A stretch of 62,338 nt of DNA, filler included, from Sluysia triapertura (taxonomy: Eukaryota), in assembly GCA_046118255.1 (NCBI GenBank). It is 5 parts of 5 records of this genome, joined end to end, with 100 filler letters (N's around TTAATTAATTAA, not from the genome) between each part and the next. Parts side by side here need not be neighbours in the genome. Positions count along the whole stretch, not along the records: positions 38,145 to 49,893 come from JBJNIA010173920.1; positions 49,994 to 62,338 come from JBJNIA010118084.1; 3 more parts are not named here. One strand, given 5' to 3'. Below the pieces are notes generated by a model. That model was not told where the DNA came from. It made no database searches and saw nothing but the letters and a program-made list of their open reading frames with translations. The translations under genes were made by a program, and so were the position numbers. This document shows, in pieces, positions 39,871 to 51,939 of this stretch; positions within the stretch are counted from its first letter, which is position 1, and every line of letters begins with the position of its first letter.

Positions 39871-40072
39871 CCCATTAAGGAGCAGATTTTTTTCAAAATT
39901 TAAAAAACATGACATACATTTAGTATATCACATTACATACATTTTTGTGTACGCAACACATACTAATGCAATGATTGTGCTAGGAAATTTCATTATTAAA
40001 AATATATTTGCAATAAATAAAAAATATGAACAGTAAAGTCGTCATTTGACAACCATGGTTAATAATAATGGG
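39871..40072. mobile_element. piggyBac-like MITE (202 bp)
   Basis: TTAA|CCCATTA ... TAATGGG|TTAA. Confidence 0.6.
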
Positions 40073-40094
40073 TTAATAATTTTTTAGTAAAATA

Positions 40095-40430
40095 CCTTAA
40101 GTATAGCATGCCAATATTCATAGTAATTTATTTTGTTAATTTCGTCAAAACTATAGTTCGAAGGAGCAAGGTCTGAGCTGATATCAATGAAGATTTTGTT
40201 TTTTGGTGTTATTTTACTGAAGTAAAACTCCATTTCAGTCGATTAATAAGTATGGATCAATAACAGTAGTTTTGTTTCGATTTTATCTAACATATATTTG
40301 AGTCGATCAATTCGAAGTGAACTGTGTCTTCAAAATGCCTCCACATACAAATATACTTTTTGTAACTACTGGCAAACCAATTTCTCCTTTCTTTAGGCTT
40401 ACCAAGCGAATACTGTTTACTGAGGATCAG
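40095..40430 (-). mobile_element. mariner transposase remnant
   Basis: WRHFEDTVHFEL, NGVLLQ*NN (HDNA region) and SSDLAPSNY (YSPDLAPSDY motif, ~40153-40179), in the correct order. Confidence 0.7.
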
Positions 40431-41914
40431 TGTTTAGTGGTTTTTGTAGGGTTTTTCGTTCAATTAAATAATCTTTGAAATCAATTAAAAAAGAAGTTAA
40501 ATTAAAATCAACTTAAAATATAACTTCCCAATTATAACATCTATTCATGTAACCAAGCACTTTATGATAAAATTATCTACAGTGTTCGCCAGTAATTTCA
40601 ACAGTACAACCGGGAAAATATAGAGGTGATCTAAACTTACGCTCGAAATGAAAGATTCAAATATTAATAAAAGTGGATCTGATTTAGTAGAATATTCTTC
40701 AAGTGTCTTTTGGATTATTCTTTCCTTGTCATTGGCTCGGTGTAATAATGGTGGAAGAGTTTACTGTTGCCTTATGGATGGTAGTTTGATTGTTTTTTGT
40801 TTTTTCGCTATTTACATTGTGGTATGTGGAAATGACACATGGATTGTCTAATTTTCAAATTTTTTAAACGATATTTTTATTTTTTAGATTAATTTATTTA
40901 ATTTAAATTCTTTTTTACACAATTTATTGATTGCAGAGATTATCTAATTGATTGATTGCAAAGATTATTTAATTGATCGAAAAGCACTATATATAAAATT
41001 CTACTTATTTTATTGAATACACATGCACACCAACAAGACTAGCTAGTAACATGAATTTATTGATTTGCAATAAGTTGTTTGTACATGGAAATAAATTACA
41101 TAACATTAAAATGCACCAATTATCTGATCTACCCATGCTGAACCGTTTACCATCCATAAATAATGTGCATTCCGTGTCACGCTATCTTATATAAAAGAAA
41201 GAACGCATCTGATTGGTTCTCTGGAATTATCCATATCAATTCACGATAATTGAATAATATTTCCAAAATTTAAATATATTTCATAAAATAACTATATAAA
41301 TAATAAAAATGTTCACAGCAATCATAAAATACAACGAACCCTTGCAGGAACTCGAATGCTGTCTGCTCCGTATTAAATGTTCAGTCAAAAAATGTTTGAA
41401 TTTGAAACTGGAATTATAAATCCTTTTGTAAAACGAAAAGTTCTGACTATTTTGATTCATAAATTGATTTGGTTGATCTTTTGGTGTACTTTTCGTTACC
41501 ATCTGCGCAGGATTACCAGTAGAAGAAGTAGCATTGTGTACATTTACCTCCATTGCGTTTGTATTGGTTTCTGTTGTCATATCAACCGATTCACTAAAAT
41601 AATTACATTTCTTCGTAATTAGTAAAAGAAATTTGATGTACAGAGTACTTTATTAAAAATTAAACAAAAAATCCCGAAAAACAAAACAACAGCTGCTTTT
41701 ATATTTCCAAAAAGCAATGAATTTTAATAGCGACTTTATTTATGAAAGCTACTGACCAATAAAATACGATTATTTTAAGCATATTTAAAACGAACCAAGC
41801 ATAATTTTTATAATTCATATTTACTGTCAGACAGTCATTATATTTTCTAAATACTAAATGTATTTATTATATTATGGCCAATAATTTTACAATTACATTA
41901 TGTTAAAATAATAA

Positions 41915-42606
41915 TGTTGGGATAGTATAATTGACTATAAGAATCTAAAATTGTTAGACGGAACTGATAGTAGACAAAATGACTCAGAAGTGATTCTAGG
42001 TCATCAAGGATTCGCCTATGCCAATTATTGGTGATTCTCGACGACCTGATATACAGACTCGCGGTACTTCCTCATCATAACTGTTCTTGACTGATGTCAA
42101 GACCCCCATGAACCTGAAGAAAAATTCGAGATAGCCCGAACCACCAATACCGCGAAGTATACTGATCTCCAGGACAAACTGCAGGAACACTGAAGTGCAA
42201 GGTATCGTTGTAGCTTTGGGATCATGGAATCCCGAGAATGACACTTGGCTTCCATAAGGCCGAAATCAAGACCTCGGTACGACTAGCTGTGGAGTCCTCG
42301 AATAACGCAGACCGCGAGAATATCCTGCAAGGTCCTTGAAAGAAAGAAAATTGTTTCTCGACACAAGAAGACCTTCCTTCTCCGAAACATCTTTTTTAAT
42401 CATCGAACTGCGCAGCGAGAAGGCCTGGGTCCATTTTATGAAGTGTAACATTTGATGAGCCCACATATCGCATAAATGACTTACAAAATGTTTGAGATCA
42501 AACATAATTGCATTGGATGAGATAAGATGGGATACAGGCTTAAAGTACCATAGAATAATGATAGTATAATTGACTAATAAAATAAAATTGTTAGATGGGC
42601 TGATAG
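41915..42606 (+). mobile_element. Two-LTR TRIM-like copy of the tRNA-bearing element (LTR1 interrupted, LTR2 truncated)
   Basis: LTR1 = 41915-41970 + 42401-42450 (ends TGTAACA). PBS-like TTTGATGAGCCCAC at 42451. ~77-bp internal region. Purine-rich GGATGAGATAAGA at 42515-42527. LTR2 = 42528-42606. Confidence 0.7.
41971..42400 (+). mobile_element. 5'-truncated RLE-type (NeSL/Utopia/R5-like) non-LTR retrotransposon
   Basis: RRPDI (42039-42053), LTDVKTP, FEIARTTNTAKYTDL and VVALGSWNPEN (ALGSWNPEN at 42213-42239) match the PD..D / K..KY / GxLGSW motifs of restriction-like endonuclease domains. Confidence 0.8.
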
Positions 42607-45356
42607 AAAACCAATATATAAATTACGAAAAAAATTATTTTATATTATAATCAATAATTTATTATAAATACTTTGAATTTATTTATCTCTTCGGATTTCA
42701 ATACTCACTGTAATTAATTAAGTGTAAATCTTTGGTGTCTCCATATTCAACATGGGTTTATAAAGTATAGAGTAAGCATAATTTACAAGTTAATGATAAA
42801 TTTAAATAACTCTATGATTACTAAATTTATATACATGTCAACTCAAATATATGTCAAATAGTCATGTATTAACATATTTGCATTCTTGGTCGTCCAGAGT
42901 CCATTGGATCCTAGATACAAACCTTGGTTGGAGTGGTTACCTTTGTGATAAAGTTTCACATGTTTTCTGTTTTAAAATACTTTATTGATATTCTAATGTA
43001 ATTTCTAAAATCTTATATTAACAAAAACCTATCTCCACGAGATAAGAGCTGAATTCCAGATAACTGCGATCAAAGAACACAAATCTAGAATATCTAGAAG
43101 TAATTCTGTTTTAGTCATCTCATACTGGAAATATAAGATAATATCTGCAAACCTCAAAATCGGCAGATGTGATAGGAAATATTTATCAGAACAATGGAGT
43201 AAAAAGCCTTTCAGTTTAAAGAGTTGCATCTCTAAAGATCTGGATAATTGTAGACGCTAAAAAGGCATGCATTCTCAAGTTCAAAATTACACTATGAAAG
43301 ATCTAATCGGAGAAAAACAAAACAAAGAAAATTATCTGAACTATTCTTAGATAAAGGATGTACAGTGACTACTTTCTAGAATAGGCTTGATAAATCATAC
43401 TATATTTACAAGGATAATATTAATGTACCAAAAGGTATGAAAAAATAAAGCAGAGAAAATAAGAAAAATTATGAATTTTTCTTGTAATAACCAAATGTGA
43501 ATTATAGAAATTTAGAGATCCTGGATGAGTTCAATAAAATGTTCACTTTGGTCTTTTCGATGATTCACTTTTTATTGCACTCTCATTTCTAATGATAATT
43601 TAAAATAAAAATATTAGATTTTTTACAAACTTACAAATAGTTCTGAATTTTAAAAGTTAACAATAATCGAACAAAGATAGCGACACAAAATAATAATAAT
43701 GCCTATGTTTTCATATCAGTTTTATTTTTATTACATTGTAAAATAAAAGAATAAAATGATTGATAGATTGATTTAACTTAATTTGGTAATCATTAAATAA
43801 TATCTGCAATAATAATCAAGCATTTTGTAGATTAACTGATTAAACTTTTCTCATATTTAATCATCGAAGATAATGAACTATCATTAAATTATTGCTGATA
43901 TACTTGTATCATTATCACTGTAAATAAAACACATTTGAATTGTTTCTCTTCGATTCAAACATTCATAAGTATAAACTAAAATATTTAATTTTTAGTTTAA
44001 CAAAAATAAAATAAAGATTTACAAATAGTGATAAATTTCAAATAAATTATTTTATTTTTACTTTTTTCAATCAATACTTATTTAAATTTATTAAAAAGCA
44101 TATTATAATCAAAAAAATCACTTACATATATCTTTTCTGGAACAAGTACAATATATATTGAATATAAAATTGATTATGAATTTCTAATTCGCCAATAAGA
44201 ATCATGTAATTGTATGTGTGTATGTGTGTGCTATTTCATGCAGTGTGAAAAAGTGAAATTAATCTACATATCCGAGTTTTTGAAATGATACTAAAAATAA
44301 AACTAATGACAGACCATTTTTGTGTTTGTGTGTACAATTAATTTATATATTTTGAATAAATAAGAATGCGAAATTTGTAAATTCATTAATGTGTCAACTA
44401 AATCTTTATTGTTATTGCTATTGTCATTGTTATAAAGGTAAATTTTACACAATAATTGAAAATATGTTTCAAAATGATTCAATTTCAAAATCAGCTACTT
44501 TTAATTAAGTAGAAATGAAGCTAATTGTTTTATTTGCCAAATATCCATTTTTTAATTGATGTTACATAAGCATTATTATTCAGTCTACTATTATAAGTAG
44601 TATAATATTATAAAGATGGCGATCTATATTTTTATAAGATATTTGATATTTGATGCACATGTAAAGTAACAGATTTAAATGCCGTAAAATCCTTCGTTGA
44701 AACAGATCGAGTTCAAAGTATTTGATGTGGATATCATAGAAAATTATAAATGTGGAAATATTTGATGGTTAACAACAATATATGATGATTTAGAATGATT
44801 GTCTCAAAATAATAATCGTAAATAACATAATTGTTTTATGATAATTTAATGTAATAAAATATAATAAAATTTGAATTATAAATGTTTGTTTAGTATTACC
44901 CAGGTGTTTTGACAGTTGCATCATGTAGGTCTTAGGAGGATGACATCTATCGAGCATGCTACTGCTGTGATATTACTAACTCTTAACCTCCGGCAAAATA
45001 TTTTTTGACAGGGTTCGATTACAGTAAACGTCTTATAGTTGGCGTTTCTGCAACTTGATAAATTAGCTACTATCATAAATCTAATCTTACAATCAATTTA
45101 ATACTTAAGGGTCTATATTATAAACACAACGCTAATTTAATTAATAAAACTAACAATTTGAAACTGTATTAATTAATAAATTCAACTAAGAAAAGATATA
45201 AAACTACGAAGATTATGAAAAAGAAATAAAACTCAACTAAATCATAACTGTTAAAGTTGAAACTCTCTTTCAGTCTTTAACTTATGATAAAAATTAATTT
45301 ACGTGTACTTTCGATGAAACTTTATTCTTTCTTTAGAAGTTTAAAATTTTAGTGTA

Positions 45357-45590
45357 TGTTATTGTTGAAGGATAAGGGTTGATATAGGGTTAAAACTTAG
45401 GATAACAGAATAAGGTGAACGTTATTAAAGGTATTATGATGACTGTAATAGTAGGATAAGCATATAAAATACTTAAATCAAGATAAAATAATGAAAAACA
45501 CGAAGAAATAAGCCTTTACAAGGTTTTATCTGTTAAAATATTAAAGTACGTTTGTTAATTAAATTTAATTATAATTTGTTTAATTTCATA
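45357..45590 (+). mobile_element. LTR family B copy
   Basis: Homologous to 38145-38290 and 14490-14804. Confidence 0.55.
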
Positions 45591-45810
45591 AACTCAATAA
45601 AATGTTATTGAAAAAACAGAAAAATGCAAAGTTGTTTCTGTTTCGGTAATATTACGGTGAATGATTTATTTTAAGCGCTTCTGAGTACTTACTTTGTAGT
45701 AGATATGAGCTCAATATAGATTAATATATTATTATAATTAATTTTAGTCATATTATATTAATTTTAATTTAATTTTTTTGCCAATAAAAATATAAATTGG
45801 TGGCAATATA

Positions 45811-46275
45811 CAGTGGTGGCCAAATTATTAGATTAAGACCTTTTTTGTGATAAAATTTTACAAGGATAATATGAAACTTTTAATCAAAAGTGCATAAATA
45901 CACAACATTTACCGGCAGTTGTCACGGAAAATGTAAAATGTTGGAAAATAACTACTTTCTCCAAAAAATTTTGTCGAAAATAAAATAATAGATACTGAGA
46001 TCCAAAACATACAGAAATTTTTCATGTAGAATGTAATAACACAATTTACTACAAATCAAACATGTACAAACTGTTGTATCGGCACTACTTTATTTGCCCT
46101 CCTTTGTTATCCAATAATTTTCTGATCCTTAAAGGCGGATGCCACGGATGAGCTTGGGTCACAAGTCTTTGATCTCGTCATCATGATATTAATCAGGGTT
46201 TCTATAAGTTGGTTTATCAGACTTTCTATGGGATTCATGTCTGAAGAGTTTAGTCTAATAATTTGGCCACCACTG
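45811..46275 (-). mobile_element. Internally deleted Tc1-family DNA transposon (465 bp)
   Basis: 26-bp TIRs CAGTGGTGGCCAAATTATTAGA(T/C)TAA (25/26 identical), TA on both sides, and transposase C-terminus NSSDMNPIE...RIRKLLDNKGGQIK*. Confidence 0.92.
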
Positions 46276-46559
46276 TACATAAAAGTAGCATAATTTTGTA
46301 ATAAAACTAAAGAATAATATATTTCATTAGATCGAATTTCTGAATTGTAGTTCCCTCAAAATCAATAAAATCTATTAAGTTATTATTATTTTTAAAGAAT
46401 TTTTCAAATCTTATCGTCTAAATCTTTTTCATTCAAGTTATAGTTATCGTACAAGTCTAAGCATACATAAACAAACATATTATAAACGTTTTTGCACAAT
46501 AAGCGTCATTAAAAGCATAAAATTCGATTACAATAAGTAAATTACATTAATAAAATCAT

Positions 46560-47408
46560 TGAAATTACACATGATCCACTTTTATGTAATTGCACATTGG
46601 ATATTGCTTTATTAATATTCCTCAGTGAATTAAGTATCTCTTTGATCTCTTTGAAACAAAGACTAATAATAGATAGATATCATGTTTATATAAAATTATC
46701 CATCGTATTTTGAGTTAAAAATAGTGATAAACCAATTGACTATTTACTTTAGTCTCCTAGACACTGATCAATTAGTAAAACATCTTCGTTGTCCTAAAAA
46801 AAACCCTTGCTTCAATTATTTCCATATCAACTGATAAGGTCATACACCTTTTCTAAAGATAATTTGAAAGTGCAGCATGACATCTAAAGTTCATATTTCA
46901 CTTGATTCTTTATTGCATTTTATTTTTATTTTACATTCCTGTTTATAATACATTCAATTTTTATAATTAAAACATTAAAATTTGACAACATGTCAAAATA
47001 ATATTATTTACTGAATCGATTTTCTAAAATTATAAATTCAAAATAAAATAGTTAAATTTAATATCAATATTATTTATTTATTTTGTGTTTACATTTCTAA
47101 CAATAAAGTTAATCTGAAAACTTAAAAAGGTTGTATTTTAATAGAAAAAAAACATACTTTGACGTTTGTTTTACCAATTTGTTCGATTTCTTCGTTACTG
47201 ATGATTTAATATTGAAAATACTTTTAAAATTGCTTGACTTGGAAGGCAGAGCACCACCAGATAAACTACGACGCCTTGCAGTTTTAAACACTCTTTCTTC
47301 TGCTTTGTCTTTAGTTTTATTTGTATCATTCGTACTGTCATTAGCACAATTTAAATCCGTAAACATTTTGATGTCTATTTATTTACTTAAACTAGACTGA
47401 CTTGACAT
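46560..47408 (-). pseudogene. Exon-like fragments of an unknown gene
   Basis: MSSQSSLSK*IDIKMF...KTARRRSLSGG...KQTS followed by a GTATGT donor. Further coding-like pieces near 46900 and 46660. In-frame stops present. Confidence 0.25.
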
Positions 47409-47699
47409 TAACGATACACAAACCATATACAAAAATTATTTTTGATTAGTACTAGAATCACGTGGTGTATTAACACAGTGGCAGAAAGAATGACGAATAA
47501 ATTTGCATATATTTTTCATACAAATTGAAAACACACAAACTAATAAATAATTTAACCAATGAATAATTCATTTGTAGTATGATTTAATTTAGTGTTTTTA
47601 TGATACATAATATAGAAGCCGGAATTATTCCTAAATATTTATTTATGGCTATATTAATTTTATTTTTATCGTTTAGATCAATATTATTGTTTTATTTAT

Positions 47700-47739
47700 T
47701 TATTACTTATTAATATTATTATTGTTATTATCATTATTA

Positions 47740-47790
<51 letters not shown>
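47700..47790 (+). repeat. (ATT)n microsatellite
   Basis: Read directly. Confidence 0.9.
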
Positions 47791-47792
<2 letters not shown>

Positions 47793-49348
47793 AGTATCTG
47801 TTATTGTTGCTTATATTTATAAATAGTAATAGAAATAAAATTTTAGTAGAAAATTTCTATTTTTAGACACATTTTAAAACTCGTTATTTTAAACTAGATG
47901 CATCATTGTATAAAGTTGATTAAGTTAAATATTAATTTGTTTTATCAGAGATACTACTTTGTTTTTATATTTAGTATTAAAAATTTGTTAAATTAAATAT
48001 TTAGTGATTTATTAATTTCTGATAATCAAACTGAAATTAAATCGGTCAATAAAATTAATAAGATTAGTTTAATTTTTAGTAAAAATGTAATTATTATTAT
48101 AAAATTTAATAAAAATTGCTATAATAATAAATTTTATAGTTATTTCTGGTGAACAAATAGTTTTGATTGGGTATGTATAATGGGTACGTGCGTCCATAAT
48201 TGATTTTAGGAATGTCTATCTGTTAAACCATTATCTTAAAACCTTTTATGAAGTATTGAAGAAACTGAGCATCTGTCATCACACCCATCTAAAATTATGT
48301 TATATGCTACAAAAAAATCTTTTAAAAATCACTTTAAAAAAATTTATTTTCCAAAAAAAAGAAAATTATCTTCTAAAAATAGAATATAAGTGTCTAGAAT
48401 GTTTTAGAACATTCCATGCTGGTATATAAACTAACATCAGTTCAATTTAGTACACATAATTTTAAATACAATTTTCGGATGCCATCTTGTTTTCTAATAG
48501 CAAATTATTGGTGATTCAGAGTTATTTGGTGCTAATTTCAATCAGATATTTTGGAAATTAATTTATCGAGGATTATTTATTTTAATGGAATTCCACCATT
48601 GTGATTGGAATCGCAAAATCCACGATTCATAAAAATATTTAAGAAACCCGATCTAATGAGTTCAATTATGCAGTTCAAAATTATACAAAATAAATAAATT
48701 TTGGTTTTGAAGATCTAACATTCCTTTAAAACCTATTAAATCACAAAATAGATCAATGAGTTTATTGATTAAGTGTACTGTTTTAAATTATAAATGCTAT
48801 CAAAAAGAGATATAAAAGAAATATAAAAATTAAGTTTATTATTTATTGTGTATTTTATGTGTTCTGTTTTCTACGAACAATTATGATTATTCTTAAAATG
48901 GGTTCGCCTACGATAAACGTTTTATCTTATAAAAGGACGTCTTCGTAGGATTTTAACGCGACTTAAAAAATTAAAGATTAAGGTATTCAAAGTGACAACG
49001 TTATCTCTATAAATAACAGTCAGAATAATGTTGGCTCGAAAAGTTTGATTCTTTAATGAAGACTTATATTAATTCTTTAACAAATGCTTAAAAAGAAACG
49101 AATGACGGATAAGAGGCGTCAGCTAAATTTATTTTATAATGTTTTTCTTATTCTATAAAATGCTTAAATGTATGTAACGTTTTGGTTTATTAATTAACAA
49201 TTATTAATCTTATGAATGAAATCTTTATGTAAATTCTAATATTAATACTTAGGTATTCAAAATTTGTCTGCTCAAACGTAATAACTTCTTCGATTTATTT
49301 AATTCACTTTTCTCTTTGATTTATACGTCAAAATATATTAATACGAAC

Positions 49349-49637
49349 AAAATCTTTTATCGTAAAAAATTCTAACAACGGGATATACTTCAAAATTCTT
49401 TTATTGTGAAAATTCTAACAACGAGATATATTTCAAAATTCTTTTATTGTAAAAATTCTAACAACGAGATATATTTCAAAATTCTTTTATTGTAAAAATT
49501 CTAACAACGAGATATATTTCAAAATTCTNNNNNNNNNNNNNNNNNNNNNNNNNNNNNNNNNNNNNNNNNNNNNNNNNNNNNNNNNNNNNNNNNNNNNNNN
49601 NNNNNNNNNNNNNNNNNNNNNNNNNNNNTTTATTGTA
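49349..49637 (+). repeat. 43-bp tandem repeat (at least 4 copies) spanning a 100-N gap
   Basis: CAACG recurs at 49376, 49419, 49462 and 49505. The unit resumes (TTTATTGTA) after the gap at 49529-49628. Confidence 0.9.
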
Positions 49638-49893
49638 CAAATGAATATTAATAAAAATATAATAATGATTATTAAATTTGTATAAAATAGCTAGTAAATT
49701 TAAGTATATTTTAACCCGAAGAGTTATTCTTGGGTTCTAAGAAAAATTGATAAAAATTATGAGTTTAAGTCGAATTTTAATACACCTTTTATTAGGGTAA
49801 TAAACCTATTAATAATAAGCTTACTTAATTAATAAAATTAAAATAAGTTGTTCCAATAAATTGTCGAAGAGATTCCGAAATTTCTAATCGAAT

Positions 49894-49993
49894 NNNNNNN
49901 NNNNNNNNNNNNNNNNNNNNNNNNNNNNNNNNNNNNNTTAATTAATTAANNNNNNNNNNNNNNNNNNNNNNNNNNNNNNNNNNNNNNNNNNNN
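49894..49993. other. Artificial scaffold-joining linker
   Basis: 44N-TTAATTAATTAA-44N. Confidence 0.95.
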
Positions 49994-50699
49994 ACATACT
50001 AATTATTATTAGTTTTATTATTATTACTATTTTATTACAATTTATTATTATTAAAGTCATTTTTATTATCATTATTATTTATTGTTATTATTTTTATTAT
50101 TATAATTATTTGTAAAATTGTCATTTTCATTTGCACCATGTGCCATCATTCAATACAGATTTTTCACCTGCACTAGTTGACAGATTTAAATTAAAAAGGC
50201 ACTATTTCATTATAATGATTGTCAACTAGTGGTAGTTACTATGCGCAAAATAATTAGTATATCTGTCAGTTGATTGGACATCCAATCATCCCTGTGTTAT
50301 TACACTCACTCTCTTAATACTCATTGGGAGTCCAATCACATTTGGTCTGACAATCATGTCTAGAAAATTATAATTCACAATTAAAAATATTATTTTGCTA
50401 ATACAAGACACTCAAAATATTAGAAATCTAATCAAAAATTTGTATTAATCAAATAACTTAAAGAGTAAAAAACAATTAGATCAAGTCAGATTAATTTATG
50501 CAATATGATTACGCCAAATCTGATAGATATCACTAAAAATCCTGATTTACGTCAAAATTTTATGTAATTGATATGTTTTATTTATAATCGTCTAAAGTCA
50601 TCATCATCATTGAGCAACCTCTACAATGGTAATTCATTTTCAATCATAGTACTAAATTTTATTCAAAAGTATACAGAAATTTGACTTTGAATATCGTAT

Positions 50700-51545
50700 A
50701 AAATTATCGTCCATTGATAAGTATCGTTGCTTGATAAGTACTCGTAATCAAGCTCAAAAAGATTTTATTTTATGTTTAGTCTTGCCAACATTACATCAAT
50801 TAAAAGTTAGTGATAGTAATCGAAAAGTATATGAATGCATAAGTATATCTTATCAGCAACAATACATTATTGAGTTTACCGAATTTTAGAGAAATTCTAC
50901 TTTAAGCGAATTACTTAGTCGAATAAGAAATAATTTTAATGATAATAAAAAAACCAAGCTCAATTATTTAAGTATATAATAATTCAATTGATACTTCAAA
51001 GCTAAGTCTTACTCTTGCTAAAAGTCAATTAAAGAATGATCAAATTCAAGAAATAACGTTACACATTGATATATGTAAAACATGAAATTCTTATACATAA
51101 TTCATGTCTATTTACAGGTATTCCTTGTTGCCTTAACGAAAGCCATGTAAATAAATATGATTCTAGAGAAGATAGATGTACAAGAGCGTGCATAATTCTA
51201 TCATATAATGTCGATTTGCTTGATAATAAAACTACAGTAGATTATTTAGCATTGATTCAACAGCCCACTTTCAACGATTATTCTTTTAACGAATTTGATA
51301 TCGCAAACAATTGTGTGCTTCCAATAACTACATCACTAATCAGTAATTCTTCAAATCAACAGAAATATGAATTCTTTCGTAAACACAAACGAACAGCTTA
51401 ATGTCCATTCCATTGAATAAATTGGGTGAATGCTATAAATATGGACAATCTTGTTATTTTTATCATAATATCTAAGAGATACGTTATATTTATGCTAAAC
51501 AAAACATTTAGATCACTTAGAACGTGTAAATAATTTAAGCTGATA
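50700..51545 (+). pseudogene. Disrupted ORF ending in a CCCH-type zinc finger (repeat-family copy 2)
   Basis: HKRTA*CPF...LGEC-YKYGQS-C-YFY-H-NI...HLERVNNL. Homologous to 12007-12170. Confidence 0.45.
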
Positions 51546-51939
51546 AAGTTAAAGATAAACTCATAGTTAACAAAAATAATGCTGAGTTCTTGGACAATAC
51601 TGCACCTACTAGTTCTGTTGATGATTTAGAATCAAAAGTAATTTTGATTCTTTTTATTTAAGAAATCCTTAATTGAAGAAACTTATGACGTGTCGAAATG
51701 AAAAGAGCCCATTCAACATCATAAATAACTCAGTATAACCTTTATGTTCAAGACAATAAAAAGTAAATCGCTGTTTGTTTTCTCGGTCATTTTGTTAATT
51801 ATGAAAAATAAATATAAATTATTAAATTATATTAAATTTATTTAATTTTATGAATCATGAAAAGAAAGCTTTTAAGTTAATTCATGTTAAAAACGCAAAT
51901 AAAGTTTATAATCATCATTTAACACCAAACATGCTTAAA

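Noticed and set aside
51680-51700. Minimal hammerhead ribozyme (CTTATGA...CGAAA)
   Set aside because: The core deviates from CTGANGA and there are no convincing stems I/III.
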